NCBI GenBank assembly: GCA_963767925.1
Contig: CAVYGB010000002.1
Span: 864,001-928,000, forward strand
Direction of reading: 5' to 3'
From: an uncultured delta proteobacterium
Lineage (GTDB): Bacteria > Myxococcota_A > Polyangia > Fen-1088
Length of the DNA: 64,000 nt
The notes below the pieces were generated by a model. The model did no database searches. It saw only the letters and a program-made list of their open reading frames with translations, and was not told the DNA's origin. Positions 1 through 11,616 of this stretch are shown here, in pieces (positions within the stretch are counted from its first letter, which is position 1; each line of letters opens with the position of its first letter). A program made the position numbers and the translations under genes.

Positions 1-764
1 GAAGCGCGGCAATGTTCGCCCCCTTCCTCGAAGCGGCCCCGCCGCAGGTCGACGCGATCACCGTCCCCTACCCGGTCGGCGGGGCGAACACCTACCCGGA
101 GCTGCTGCCCGCCGTGCAGGCGATGCTCCCGCGCGACCGGCCGTTCCACCTGCTCGGCTGGTCCTTCGGCGGCCCACTCGCGCTGCTGGCGGCGGCCGCC
201 CGTCCGGCGGGGCTGCGCGGGGTGATCCTCGCCGCCTCCTTCATCCGCCGCCCGGTCCGCTACCTGCCCCCCTGGGCCCGGCACCTGGCCCGCCCGCTCC
301 TGTTCCGGCTGTACCCCGCCGCCTCGCAGCTCAAGGCGGTGGTCGGTGGCTACGCCACCCCCGACCTGCGCCGCCGCCTGGCCGCCGCTCACGAGCAGGC
401 GGGCCCCGCCGCCCTGGCCTGCCGGGTGCGGGAGGCCCTCACCGTCGACGCCACCGGCGCGCTGCAGGCCTGCCCGGTCCCGCTGCTGTACCTGCGCGCC
501 GACGCCGACGAGGTCATCGCCGCCCGCCACGCCGAGGCCATCCGCGCGCTGGCCCCCACCCTCGAGATCGCCGACATCGCGGGCCCCCACCTGGCCCTCG
601 TCACCAACCCCGCCGCCGCCTGGCGCGCCGTCGCCACGTTCCTCGCCCGCACCGCTCTGCCTCCGGGGCGCGCCGACCGGATGAACCCGGGCCATGGCGG
701 CCGGGCGCGAGCAGGACCAGGCGGCGGCGCTCCGGTTCTGGCCGCGCTGGTCGTCCTCGCCTGA
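1..764 (+). CDS. Alpha/beta hydrolase fold protein (probably 5'-partial)
   Basis: GWSFGG nucleophile elbow, D (ADADEVI) and H (GPHL) triad candidates; frame is open to the window edge upstream of ATG 12. Confidence 0.8.
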   Translation, partial: SAAMFAPFLEAAPPQVDAITVPYPVGGANTYPELLPAVQAMLPRDRPFHLLGWSFGGPLALLAAAARPAGLRGVILAASFIRRPVRYLPPWARHLARPLLFRLYPAASQLKAVVGGYATPDLRRRLAAAHEQAGPAALACRVREALTVDATGALQACPVPLLYLRADADEVIAARHAEAIRALAPTLEIADIAGPHLALVTNPAAAWRAVATFLARTALPPGRADRMNPGHGGRARAGPGGGAPVLAALVVLA

Positions 765-853
765 CGGGGCGGGAGCGTCCGGATCCGGACGGTGGCGTGC
801 GGGGGCGGACGGAGGCGCGCGTCGCGAGCGTCGCTGGAGGGCGAGCCGGCGGG

Positions 854-869
854 CGGCACTGTCGTTGCA
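854..869 (+). promoter_or_regulatory. Sigma54 (-24/-12) promoter of the ABC exporter operon
   Basis: CGGCAC-TGTCG-TTGCA with exact GG-N10-GC spacing, 13 nt before GTG 883; a sigma54 activator is encoded in the same operon. Confidence 0.7.
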
Positions 870-882
870 ACCTGGGGGAAGC

Positions 883-2160
883 GTGATCGATCCCCTCGAC
901 AATGTGGACCGGCCGCTCGCGCGTGGCGTGCGGCGGGGGCGGATCGTGCGGCGGGGGGTGAGCGCGGTGGGAGTGGCCGGGGTGGCGGTGCTGGCGCTGG
1001 GGTGGGCGTCGGCGGCGTTGCGGCCGACCCTGCTGCGGAGCCAGATCCGTACCGCCCGGGTGGACGTGGGGCGGCTGGAGGCGATCCTGGCGGCCACCGG
1101 GACGGTGGTGCCGGAGATCGAGCAGGTCGTGTCGGTGCCGGTCGAGGCGCGCGTGCTCGCCATCCGCAAGCGGCCGGGGGACCCGGTGGCCGTGGGGGAG
1201 GCCATCCTGGACCTCGACCTCGAGGCGGCGGCGCTGGAGCAGGAGAAGCTCGACCAGGCCCTCGCCCAGCGGGTCAACCTGCAGGGCCGCACCCGGCTGG
1301 AGCTGGAGGCCCGCATGAACGACCTCGAGAGCCAGCGCGAGGTGAAGACGCTGCAGCTCGGCGCCCTGCAGGCCCAGAGCGCGCGCGACCGGGAGCTGCA
1401 GCGGCGGGGGCTGCTGGCCCGGGAGAGCCTGGCCCAGTCCGAGCTGCAGGAGGCCCAGGCCGCCGTCGAGCTCCGGCGGATCGCCGCCGACCAGCAGCAG
1501 GCGCGGGCCGCGACCCGGGCCACCCTGGCGGGCCTGACCCTCGAGATGGCCACCTTGCGTCGCGAGCGGGCGCAGGCCCGGCGCCAGCTCGAGCGGGCCA
1601 CCACCCGCGCCGACCGACCGGGGGTGGTGACCTGGACGGTCAGCGAGGAGGGCGCTACCGTGCGCAAGGGGGACGTCATCGCCCGCATCGCCGACCTGCG
1701 CTCGTTCCGGGTGGACGCGACAATCTCGGACGTTCACGCCCAGCGGGTCGCCGCCGGGCTGCCGGTCCTCGTCAACGTCAGCGACGCCCTCCGGACCCGC
1801 GAGCTCGCCGGGACGGTGAGCCAGGTGCACCCCACCATCCGCGACGGCGTCCTCTCCTTCTCGGTCGCCCTGAAAGAGCGATCGAGCCCGCTCCTCCGCT
1901 CGAACCTGCGGGTCGACGTCCTGGTGATCCTGAGCCGCAAGGAGCGCGCCCTGCGCATCGCCCGCGGACCCTTCGCCGAAGGGGGCGGGGTGCGCGAGGT
2001 GTTCGTCGTCCGGGGCGACCGGGCTCTGCGCACGCGCGTGCGCCTCGGCAGCGCGGGCCCCGAGCACCTGGAGGTGCTGGCCGGCCTGCAGGCCGGCGAC
2101 GAGGCCATCATCTCGGACATGACCGACAACCTCCACCTGCCCCAGATCGATCTGCGCTGA
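883..2160 (+). CDS. HlyD/MacA-family periplasmic adaptor of ABC exporter
   Basis: N-terminal TM, lipoyl half-motifs (PGDPVAVGEAIL; EGATVRKGDVIA), long coiled coil, C-terminal EVLAGLQAGDEAIISD; GTG 883 follows the sigma54 site. Confidence 0.85.
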   Translation: MIDPLDNVDRPLARGVRRGRIVRRGVSAVGVAGVAVLALGWASAALRPTLLRSQIRTARVDVGRLEAILAATGTVVPEIEQVVSVPVEARVLAIRKRPGDPVAVGEAILDLDLEAAALEQEKLDQALAQRVNLQGRTRLELEARMNDLESQREVKTLQLGALQAQSARDRELQRRGLLARESLAQSELQEAQAAVELRRIAADQQQARAATRATLAGLTLEMATLRRERAQARRQLERATTRADRPGVVTWTVSEEGATVRKGDVIARIADLRSFRVDATISDVHAQRVAAGLPVLVNVSDALRTRELAGTVSQVHPTIRDGVLSFSVALKERSSPLLRSNLRVDVLVILSRKERALRIARGPFAEGGGVREVFVVRGDRALRTRVRLGSAGPEHLEVLAGLQAGDEAIISDMTDNLHLPQIDLR

Positions 2161-2177
2161 CCTTTGCACGGACCTTG

Positions 2178-2235
2178 CGCTGACCGCCGCTGACCGCCGC
2201 TGACCGCCGCTGACCGCCGCTGACCGCCGCTGACC
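2178..2235. repeat. 10-bp tandem repeat (TGACCGCCGC) x~5.7
   Basis: Perfect tandem array seen between the adaptor and ATPase genes. Confidence 0.95.
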
Positions 2236-2255
2236 CTCTTGTGGAGCCACCCATC

Positions 2256-2923
<668 letters not shown>

Positions 2924-2924
<1 letters not shown>

Positions 2925-4189
2925 TGTTGCGCATCCACCTCAAGCTCGCCCTCAAGCTGCTGCTGCGCCACAAGGTCCACACCGCCATCAGCCTGTTCGG
3001 CATCACCTTCACCCTGCTGGCCTTGATCCTGGTGGCCGCCCTCGCCGACCACGCCGCCGGCCCGGTCGGCCCCGAGCGGCGCCAGGACCGCATCCTCATC
3101 ACCAGCGGCGAGGCCGAGGATCCCACCGGCGAGGAGCGGCACGGACTGTCGCTCGGCCCCCGGCTGCTGGCGCGCTTCTTCGGCGACCTGCCCGGCGCCG
3201 AGGCGATGTCGGTCTTCCTCGGGCCCGTTCGTGTCCGCGCCTACCGCGAGGGCGCCCGCCTCGACCTGGGGCTCAAGCGCACCGACGGCGCCTTCTGGAC
3301 CGTCCTGCAGTTCGACTTCCTCGAAGGCGGGCCCTACGGCGCCGAGGAGGTGCGCGAGGCCCGCCCGGTCGCGGTCATCAACGAGAGCACGCGGGGCAAG
3401 CTGTTCGACGGCGCGCCGGCCCTGGGCCGCTGGATCGAGCTGGAGGGCCAGCGCTTCCGGGTTGTCGGCGTCGTGCGGGACGCCTCACCCCTGCGCCGCA
3501 TCCCCTGGTCCGACGTCTGGGTTCCGATCACCACCTCGCGCCGGGACGAGCACCTGGCCGATCTGAAGTCCTCCGCCGACGCCATCGTGCTGGCCCGGAG
3601 CCCCGCCGACTTTCCCCGCATCAGGCAGGAGGCCGATCTGCGCGCCGCCCGCTACGACTCGCCCGACCCCACCCGGCACGGGCGCGTGCACGTGTCGATG
3701 GAGACGCACTTCGAGCAGATCGTCGACGAGCTGAGCAAGGGCCTCGTCGACCGCCGCGGCCGCAACGGTCAGGTGGCCAGGATCAGCAAGCTGGCGGGGT
3801 TCGCGCTCATGCTCAGCCTGCTGTTCATGCTGCTGCCCGCGGTGAACCTCATCAACCTCAACGTGAGCCGCATCCTCGAGCGGGCCTCCGAGATCGGGGT
3901 GCGCAAGGCCTTCGGAGCGTCATCGCGGGCCCTGGTGGGCCAGTTCGTTGTCGAGAACGTCGTGCTCACCACCGTGGGCGGCGGCCTGGCGCTGTTGCTC
4001 GCCACGCTGGTGCTCCACCGGGTGAGCGCCACCGGGATCCTCGGGGCCGAGCCGCTCCAGGTCAGCTACCGCGTGTTCCTGGTGGGCCTGGCCCTGGCCG
4101 TCGTGTTCGGCCTGGTCTCCGGCGTCTACCCGGCCTGGAAGATGGCGCGCATGCACCCGCTGGCCGCGCTGAGAGGAGGCGCCCGATGA
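2924..4189 (+). CDS. ABC transporter permease (MacB/FtsX-like)
   Basis: TM plus periplasmic domain, ERASEIGVRKAFGA motif, C-terminal YPAWKMARMHPLAALR; TGATG coupling. Confidence 0.9.
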
Positions 4190-5472
4190 TTCGCCACCTG
4201 CTGACGCTGACCTGGAACCGCCGGCGCACCAACCTGCTGCTCACCCTCGAGATCTTCGTGGCCTTCCTGGCCCTCGTCGCGCTGAGCACCTTCGCCTTCT
4301 GGGCCTGGCGCGCCTTCCACGAGGACCGGGGCTACGTCCTGGAGGACGTCTGGCGGGTGCGCATCCAGGACTCCCAGCCGGTGCCCAACCTGCCCAAGAA
4401 GACCAGCCTCGGGCCGATCGGATACGGATCGAGCGCGCCGCGACCGAAGGGGCCCCCGCCCCGGGCCCGGGACGTGATCGCCGCCGTGTCGGCGCTGCCC
4501 CAGGTCCTCGAGGTCGCCGCCCTGGACGGCGGCACGCCCCTTTACGGCGGAAGCTCGGACCGGAGGTCGCGGATCGACCGCCGCCGCTACCAGTTCGGGG
4601 CGGGGACCGACAACCTCCCGGCCGTGCTGGGCATCTCGCTCTCGCGCGGGCGCTGGTTCGGCAAGGAGGACGACGGCGGCGTATACCGGCCGGTGGTGAT
4701 CACCGAGCAGCTCGCGGGCGCCCACTTCGAGGACGCCGATCCCCTTGGCCGGGAGCTCCGGGAAGATCCCCGGCCAGGAGCGCCCACGCCGCAGGTCATG
4801 CGCGTGGTCGGCGTCATGCCGAGATACCTGACCGGCGACATCATGAAGCTCGATTTCGGCGGCCGCCCCGACTTCCTGTTCGAGCGGCTGCGGCTGGACG
4901 ACGACGGCGAGCAGCGGGGGGTCCCCAACCTCGTGGTCAAGGTCCGCCGGGGCAGCGGCAACGCCTTCGAGGAGACCCTGACGAAGACGGTGCAGGCCGA
5001 GGCCCGAGGCTGGTTCGTCGAGATCACCTCCTTCGAGCTGGGAAGACGCCAGGTGATGGATCAGGTCGGCATCCTGTTCTCCGTGCTGGGCGTTGTCGCG
5101 ATCTTCGTGCTGCTGATGGTGGCGCTGGGGCTGTCGGGCGTGGTCTGGCAGAACGTCACCCGGCGGACCGCCGAGATCGGCCTGCGCCGGGCGCAGGGGG
5201 CCACCGCCCGGGACATCCGGTGGCAGTTCCTCGGCGAGCTGTTCGCCCTGGCCTCGCTGGCCATGGTGGCGGGGGCGGTGGTGGTGATCAACTTTGCCGG
5301 GGTGATCTCCAACCTCTCCTACTTCGGCATCGGCTTCGTGACCTGGAAAGTGTACGCCGCCGGGTTTGCCTTCTCCGCGCTCACCATCTACGTTCTCGTC
5401 ATGCTGGCGGGGTTCGTTCCGGCCCACCTGGCGGCGCGGGTGCAGCCGCTGCAGGCCCTGCGGCAGGAGTAG
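4186..5472 (+). CDS. ABC transporter permease (MacB/FtsX-like)
   Basis: RRTAEIGLRRAQGA motif, C-terminal PAHLAARVQPLQALRQE; ATGA overlap. Confidence 0.9.
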   Translation: MIRHLLTLTWNRRRTNLLLTLEIFVAFLALVALSTFAFWAWRAFHEDRGYVLEDVWRVRIQDSQPVPNLPKKTSLGPIGYGSSAPRPKGPPPRARDVIAAVSALPQVLEVAALDGGTPLYGGSSDRRSRIDRRRYQFGAGTDNLPAVLGISLSRGRWFGKEDDGGVYRPVVITEQLAGAHFEDADPLGRELREDPRPGAPTPQVMRVVGVMPRYLTGDIMKLDFGGRPDFLFERLRLDDDGEQRGVPNLVVKVRRGSGNAFEETLTKTVQAEARGWFVEITSFELGRRQVMDQVGILFSVLGVVAIFVLLMVALGLSGVVWQNVTRRTAEIGLRRAQGATARDIRWQFLGELFALASLAMVAGAVVVINFAGVISNLSYFGIGFVTWKVYAAGFAFSALTIYVLVMLAGFVPAHLAARVQPLQALRQE

Positions 5473-5479
5473 CCCCGCG

Positions 5480-6885
<1,406 letters not shown>

Positions 6886-6889
<4 letters not shown>

Positions 6890-8217
6890 AGCTGCGCTGG
6901 CGCTTCGTCCTCTACGTGGTGGCGGTCAACGCCGCCGCCGGCGCCCTGCTGTTCCCCTTCCTGGTGGCCAATCCGCTCTGGCTGCTGGCGGCGGAGGCGG
7001 GGCTGGCCCTGTCCCTGCTGGTGGGCCTGCGGCTGGTGCGGGGGCTGTTCCGCACGCTGGCCCTCATCCAGGACGGCGCCCAGTTCCTGCGGGACCGGGA
7101 CTTCACCGCCCGCCTGCGCGAGACCAACCAGCCCGAGCTCGACACCCTGGTGGGCGTCTACAACCAGATGGTCGATCACCTGCGCCAGGAACGGGCCCGC
7201 CTGCAGGAGCAGCACCACTTCCTGGCCCAGATCCTCGAGCAGTCCCCCTCGGCCATTGTCGTGCTCGACTTCGACGGGGCCATCTCCCTGTGCAACCCCG
7301 CCGCTGTCCGGCTGCTCGACGCCGCCGGGGCCGCCGGACCGGCCGCACCCACGCCCGTCGGCCGACGCCTCGCCGACTTCCCCGCGGACGCCAGCCTGGC
7401 CCACGCCCTGCACACCCTGGCCGGCGGCGAGACCCGGGTCGTGCCCCTGCCCGATGGGCGCCGCCTCAAGTGCCGGCGCGGCAGCTTCCTCGACCGGGGC
7501 TTTCCCCGCGGCTTCTTCCTGATCGAGGAGCTGACCGAGGAGCTGCGCCAGGCCGAGCGGGCGGCCTACGAGAAGCTCATCCGCATGATGTCCCACGAGG
7601 TCAACAACTCGGTGGGCGCCACCGGCTCGCTGCTGGTCTCCTGCCTCACCTACGCCCCCCTGCTCCCCGCCGAGCAAGGCCACGACCTGGAGGCCGCCCT
7701 GCGGGTTGTCATCACCCGCACCGAGCAGCTCGGCGGCCTCATGCGCAGCTTCGCCGAGGTCGTGCGCCTGCCGCCGCCCCGGCGCCGCCCGACCGACCTC
7801 GAGGCGCTGCTGCGCGAGGTGGCGGTCCTGCTGCGCGCCGAGTGCGAGCGCCGGCGCGTGACCTGGACCTGGGCGATCGAGGAGGCCCCCGGCCCGATCG
7901 ACCTCGACCCCGTCCAGCTCGAGCAGGTGTTCGTCAACCTGGCCAAGAACGCCCTCGAGGCCATCGGCGAGGGCGGCACCCTCACCGTCCGCCTCGGCCG
8001 CCGCGGCCCGCGCCCCTTCGCCACCGTCGAGGACACCGGGCCCGGCATCCCCCCCGAGGCCCGGGCCCACCTGTTTACCCCCTTCTTCACCACCAAGGAG
8101 ACCGGCCAGGGCATCGGCCTCATGCTCATCCAGCAGATCCTCGACCAGCACCAGTTCGACTACACCCTCGACAGCCCCCCCGGCGGCCCCACCCGCTTCA
8201 CGATCGTCTTCCGCTGA
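6886..8217 (+). CDS. Sensor histidine kinase (TM, HAMP/PAS-like, HisKA, HATPase)
   Basis: H-box SHEVNN, N-box NLAKNALEA, DTGPGI, FFTTK, GQGIGL. Confidence 0.92.
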
Positions 8218-8245
8218 TCGGGCGGCGCTTGCGGTACGCTGCGGA

Positions 8246-8315
8246 CGCGATGGGCGCGATGGGCGCGATGGGCGCGATGGGCGCGATGGGCGCGATGGGC
8301 GCGATGGGCGCGATG
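8246..8315. repeat. 9-bp tandem repeat (CGCGATGGG) x~7.7
   Basis: Perfect array; each unit contains an ATG in frame with the downstream ORF (MGA)n. Confidence 0.95.
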
Positions 8316-8958
8316 ATGACGGGGCGGACTCCGGGCCGCCGGGCGATCCTGCTTGCCTGGTTCGCCGCCGCCGCCTGGGCCCTGGCGGCGGGAGGCTGCT
8401 CGGCCGAGCCCTGGGAGCAGGCGGGCAAGCCGCCCTTGCGGGTGGTGCTGGGCAGCGGCGGGCTGGGATGCGGCAGCGACGGCGTCTGCGACGTCGACCT
8501 GACCTACCGGGTGGACGTGTTCGGCCCACGGGCGAGCGGGGCCTGCCCGCAGGTCGTGTCGGTCTCGCACCGGATCGACGGGCCCGGGGCGGAGTCGGGC
8601 TGCGCCACCGCGCAGGCCCAGCCGGCGGTGGTGCTGTACCGATCGCAAGCCCGGCGGGCCACCCGCTCACCCGACGGCACCCGCTACGAGGCGAGCATCT
8701 CCCGCGAGGAGCTGTACTGGGGCCGCTACTGGGGCGCCTGCCCCGGATGCCTGGGGCACGCCTGGATCGAGCTGCGCGCCGCCTCGCCCGCGCGACCGGA
8801 GGAGGCGCTGCGCTTCTGCACCACCCCCACCGGCGATTCTGGCGGCCGACACCGTGAACCTGGTGCGGGGGGCCTTCCTCTCCGAGGCGATCGCCCCCCC
8901 GGCCTGTCCGGACGCCTACTTCGAGACCTTCGCGGGCTTCACAGTACCAGCCCGGTGA
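8316..8958 (+). CDS. Cys-rich hypothetical lipoprotein, probable frameshift near 8830
   Basis: Signal peptide with lipobox LAAGGC. A shifted frame continues with GC3-rich codons (ILAADTVNLVRGAFLSE...VPAR*) to TGA 8956-8958, avoiding a long antisense overlap. Confidence 0.5.
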
Positions 8959-9910
8959 GGAAGACCAGCCCGATGAAAGCCGTCCCCAGGCCGGCGCCCA
9001 GCAGCCGGTTGTTGCGGATGAGCGTCAGCTGCACTTTCGTCCGGAACGGCTCGGGGACGCCGCTGGCGAGGTTGGGCCCTTCGGCCTGGGCGATGAGGAA
9101 CTCGATCTCGAAGGTGGGCGCCCGCTGCCACAGGCTGCGGGCTGTCGCCAGCAGCTCGCCGGTGGTGACGAGGGTGAAGGGGTAAGCGCCGGGGCCGGCC
9201 ACGTGGCTCAGGTCGAGGACCTTGAACTCGGCCAGATCGCTCGGGGTGAGCTTGAAGGCCCCCTCGATGATCTCGAGCTGGTCGGGGTTGATGGGCGGCA
9301 GCGGATTGGGGAGCACCCGGGGCCCCACCCGCCGCGGCCCGGGAAACAGGAGCCCCTGGGTGCTGCTGGGACCTTGCTGGCCACCCTCGGACGCGCCGGT
9401 CGTCACGGGCGCCGGCTCGGGCACCGCGCGCGCGGTCAGCGTGGTGGGCGCGCGGGCGACGACCGGGGAGGTCTTGATCTGCCCGGCGAGATCGCTGCAT
9501 CGCCAGGCCCGGGCCGAGACCGGGAGATCGGCGATGTTGGCCCGGTCGGGGGCGTCGCCGCCGTTCCAGGCGATGCTGTACTGATCGGGGCGCACCGTGC
9601 GTTGGGGCGCGGTCGCCCGCAGGCGGTACAGGACCACGTTGTTGTACCCCAGGCTCGACACCGCCATCTGGAAGGGGGCGTCGTAGAGGGGAGGCGTGCC
9701 CGAGGCCCCGGTGCAGCTCCGGGCCTCGAGCGGGGAGGTGATGATCTGCAGCCGCTCCTGCAGGGCCTGGCCGTCGTCGCGCACGATCCAGCGCTTTGTC
9801 GTGCAGGCCGCCGGCAGCAGCAGCAACAGGACCCCCAGCAGCAGACCCGGAGGTTGTCGGCTTCCCGCCGTCGTCATCAACGCCCTCGTCACGGTCCGGG
9901 TCACAGCCAT
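8939..9910 (-). CDS. Hypothetical lipoprotein with C-terminal TM helix
   Basis: LLLLLPAAC lipobox, host-like codon usage, hydrophobic C-terminus. Confidence 0.6.
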   Translation of the reverse strand: MAVTRTVTRALMTTAGSRQPPGLLLGVLLLLLPAACTTKRWIVRDDGQALQERLQIITSPLEARSCTGASGTPPLYDAPFQMAVSSLGYNNVVLYRLRATAPQRTVRPDQYSIAWNGGDAPDRANIADLPVSARAWRCSDLAGQIKTSPVVARAPTTLTARAVPEPAPVTTGASEGGQQGPSSTQGLLFPGPRRVGPRVLPNPLPPINPDQLEIIEGAFKLTPSDLAEFKVLDLSHVAGPGAYPFTLVTTGELLATARSLWQRAPTFEIEFLIAQAEGPNLASGVPEPFRTKVQLTLIRNNRLLGAGLGTAFIGLVFLTGLVL

Positions 9911-10932
9911 GACAGGAACCGATTGACCAGCCCACCCGGGGTGGCGTCGAGGAAGACGCGCACGCCGAAGGTGGGGCCCTTGTCCTTCTGATTGATGAGG
10001 TCGTTGAAGGTCTCGAAGGTCAGGTCGCCGACCGCGAGGCGCCAGGCGATCAGCTTCTCGGGCAGCGGCCGGCCCCCGCCCTCGACGAAGATGCCGGAGG
10101 TGGCGGTGATGCCGACCTCGAAGCTCACCGGGAAGTAGTCTCGCAGCAACATCACGCCGATCGAGCCCTGCACCGTCACGTGGTAGGGCGCCACCCGCTG
10201 GAAGGCGCCCTCCTGCAGCCAGGGGATCGGCAGGCCGGCCGCCGCCAGGCCGGCCCGGGCCATGCCCGAGCTGTAGAGGAAGAACCAGGGCTCGAGCCGG
10301 TGGAGGCCGAACCCCACCAGGGGAAAGCGGAGGAAGCCGAGCTGGGTGTAGAGCTCGCTGAGGATGGTGCTCAGCGTGACCCCGGCGCCCACGAACAGGG
10401 GCGTCTTGAACAGGCGCAGGTCGCCGGTCTCCGGGCGGGTCAGCGACAGGAGCTGCAGGTTGAGCTCGCCCCCGTAGCCGACCTCGACCGCGCGCCGGAC
10501 CCGGCCCCGCGGCACGTAAGGGATCTGCTGTCCCCCGGGACAGCGGATCCGGGAGATGCCGCCGCAGCGGTGGATGAAGTGGTTCTGCAGCGACCGGGTC
10601 GGCTCGTCGCCCGACCAGCCAACGAACGCGGTCGAGCGCAGCAGCAGGCTGTTGGCGGCCAGCGAGGTGCGCGACAGGTTGCGGGTGCTCGAGGCGGAGA
10701 ACAGGTTCAGGCCGATCGACTCCCGGTAGGCCTCGCTGTACACGCCGTCGCCCGGCTGCCCGAACTCCGAGAACAGCAGGGTCTGGAACCCGAGCTGGCG
10801 GGTGGGTGCCGTCTCCGGGTACATCAGGCCCCCCCAGTGCGGCGCCGGGCTGGCCAGGTTCTGGGCTCCGGCCGGCGCCCCCGCCAGCAACAGGGCCAGC
10901 CCCGGCAGCGGGGCCAGCAGCACGCGGACCAT
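9901..10932 (-). CDS. Secreted/outer-membrane beta-barrel-like protein (possibly LpxR/DUF2219-like)
   Basis: Signal peptide (MVRVLLAPL...AGA), alternating amphipathic strands, SLQNHFIH segment reminiscent of the LpxR family. Confidence 0.5.
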   Translation of the reverse strand: MVRVLLAPLPGLALLLAGAPAGAQNLASPAPHWGGLMYPETAPTRQLGFQTLLFSEFGQPGDGVYSEAYRESIGLNLFSASSTRNLSRTSLAANSLLLRSTAFVGWSGDEPTRSLQNHFIHRCGGISRIRCPGGQQIPYVPRGRVRRAVEVGYGGELNLQLLSLTRPETGDLRLFKTPLFVGAGVTLSTILSELYTQLGFLRFPLVGFGLHRLEPWFFLYSSGMARAGLAAAGLPIPWLQEGAFQRVAPYHVTVQGSIGVMLLRDYFPVSFEVGITATSGIFVEGGGRPLPEKLIAWRLAVGDLTFETFNDLINQKDKGPTFGVRVFLDATPGGLVNRFLSWL

Positions 10933-11079
10933 CCGCCGGCCCCGGCGCGCGCTGATGCTGGAAGACGAGCCGCTTGCGGACACGATCTTGGCCCGCGCCG
11001 GTCTACCTCGAAACCCGCCGAACGCAAAACGCCCCCCGCGAGCGGCACGCCGCGGCCCGAGGGCGTAACATCGCGGTCG

Positions 11080-11571
11080 ATGCCGATCACGCTGGAAGCG
11101 ATCGCGCCCGAGGAGCTTCCGGCGCTGCGGAACCTCTGGGAGCTCTACGTCCACGACTTCAGCGAGTTCGTCGGGCGCGAGCCCGGATCTGACGGTCGCT
11201 TCGAGACCGACCGCACCTTCGCCGCCTGGACCGCCCCACCCCTGGAGCTGCTCTGGATCCGCCGCGAAGGGCGGGTAGCGGGCTTCGTCTTCCTGCGGCC
11301 CTGCAGCCACCTCGACGGCGACCCGGGCGTCTCGGACATGGCGCAGTTCTTCGTGCTGCGGGCCCACCGCCGCGCGGGCGTGGGCCGCACCGCCGCCGCC
11401 CTCGCCTTCGCCCGCCGCCCCGGCCGCTGGGAGGTCCGCGAGACGGCCTCGAACCTCCCCGCCCAGCGCTTCTGGCGCCGCACCATCGCCGACCTCACCA
11501 GCGGCACCTTCGAAGAGCGCGACTGGGAGAAGAACGGCACCCACGGCCTCGTGCAGACCTTCACCACCTGA
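11080..11571 (+). CDS. GNAT family N-acetyltransferase
   Basis: LYVHDFSEF N-terminus, FFVLRAHRRAGVG acetyl-CoA loop, NLPAQRFW. Confidence 0.88.
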   Translation: MPITLEAIAPEELPALRNLWELYVHDFSEFVGREPGSDGRFETDRTFAAWTAPPLELLWIRREGRVAGFVFLRPCSHLDGDPGVSDMAQFFVLRAHRRAGVGRTAAALAFARRPGRWEVRETASNLPAQRFWRRTIADLTSGTFEERDWEKNGTHGLVQTFTT

Positions 11572-11616
11572 GCGCGTGTCGTCGCGCAGCCGCCGGCCCC
11601 GACCGGCCGGGCGGCG

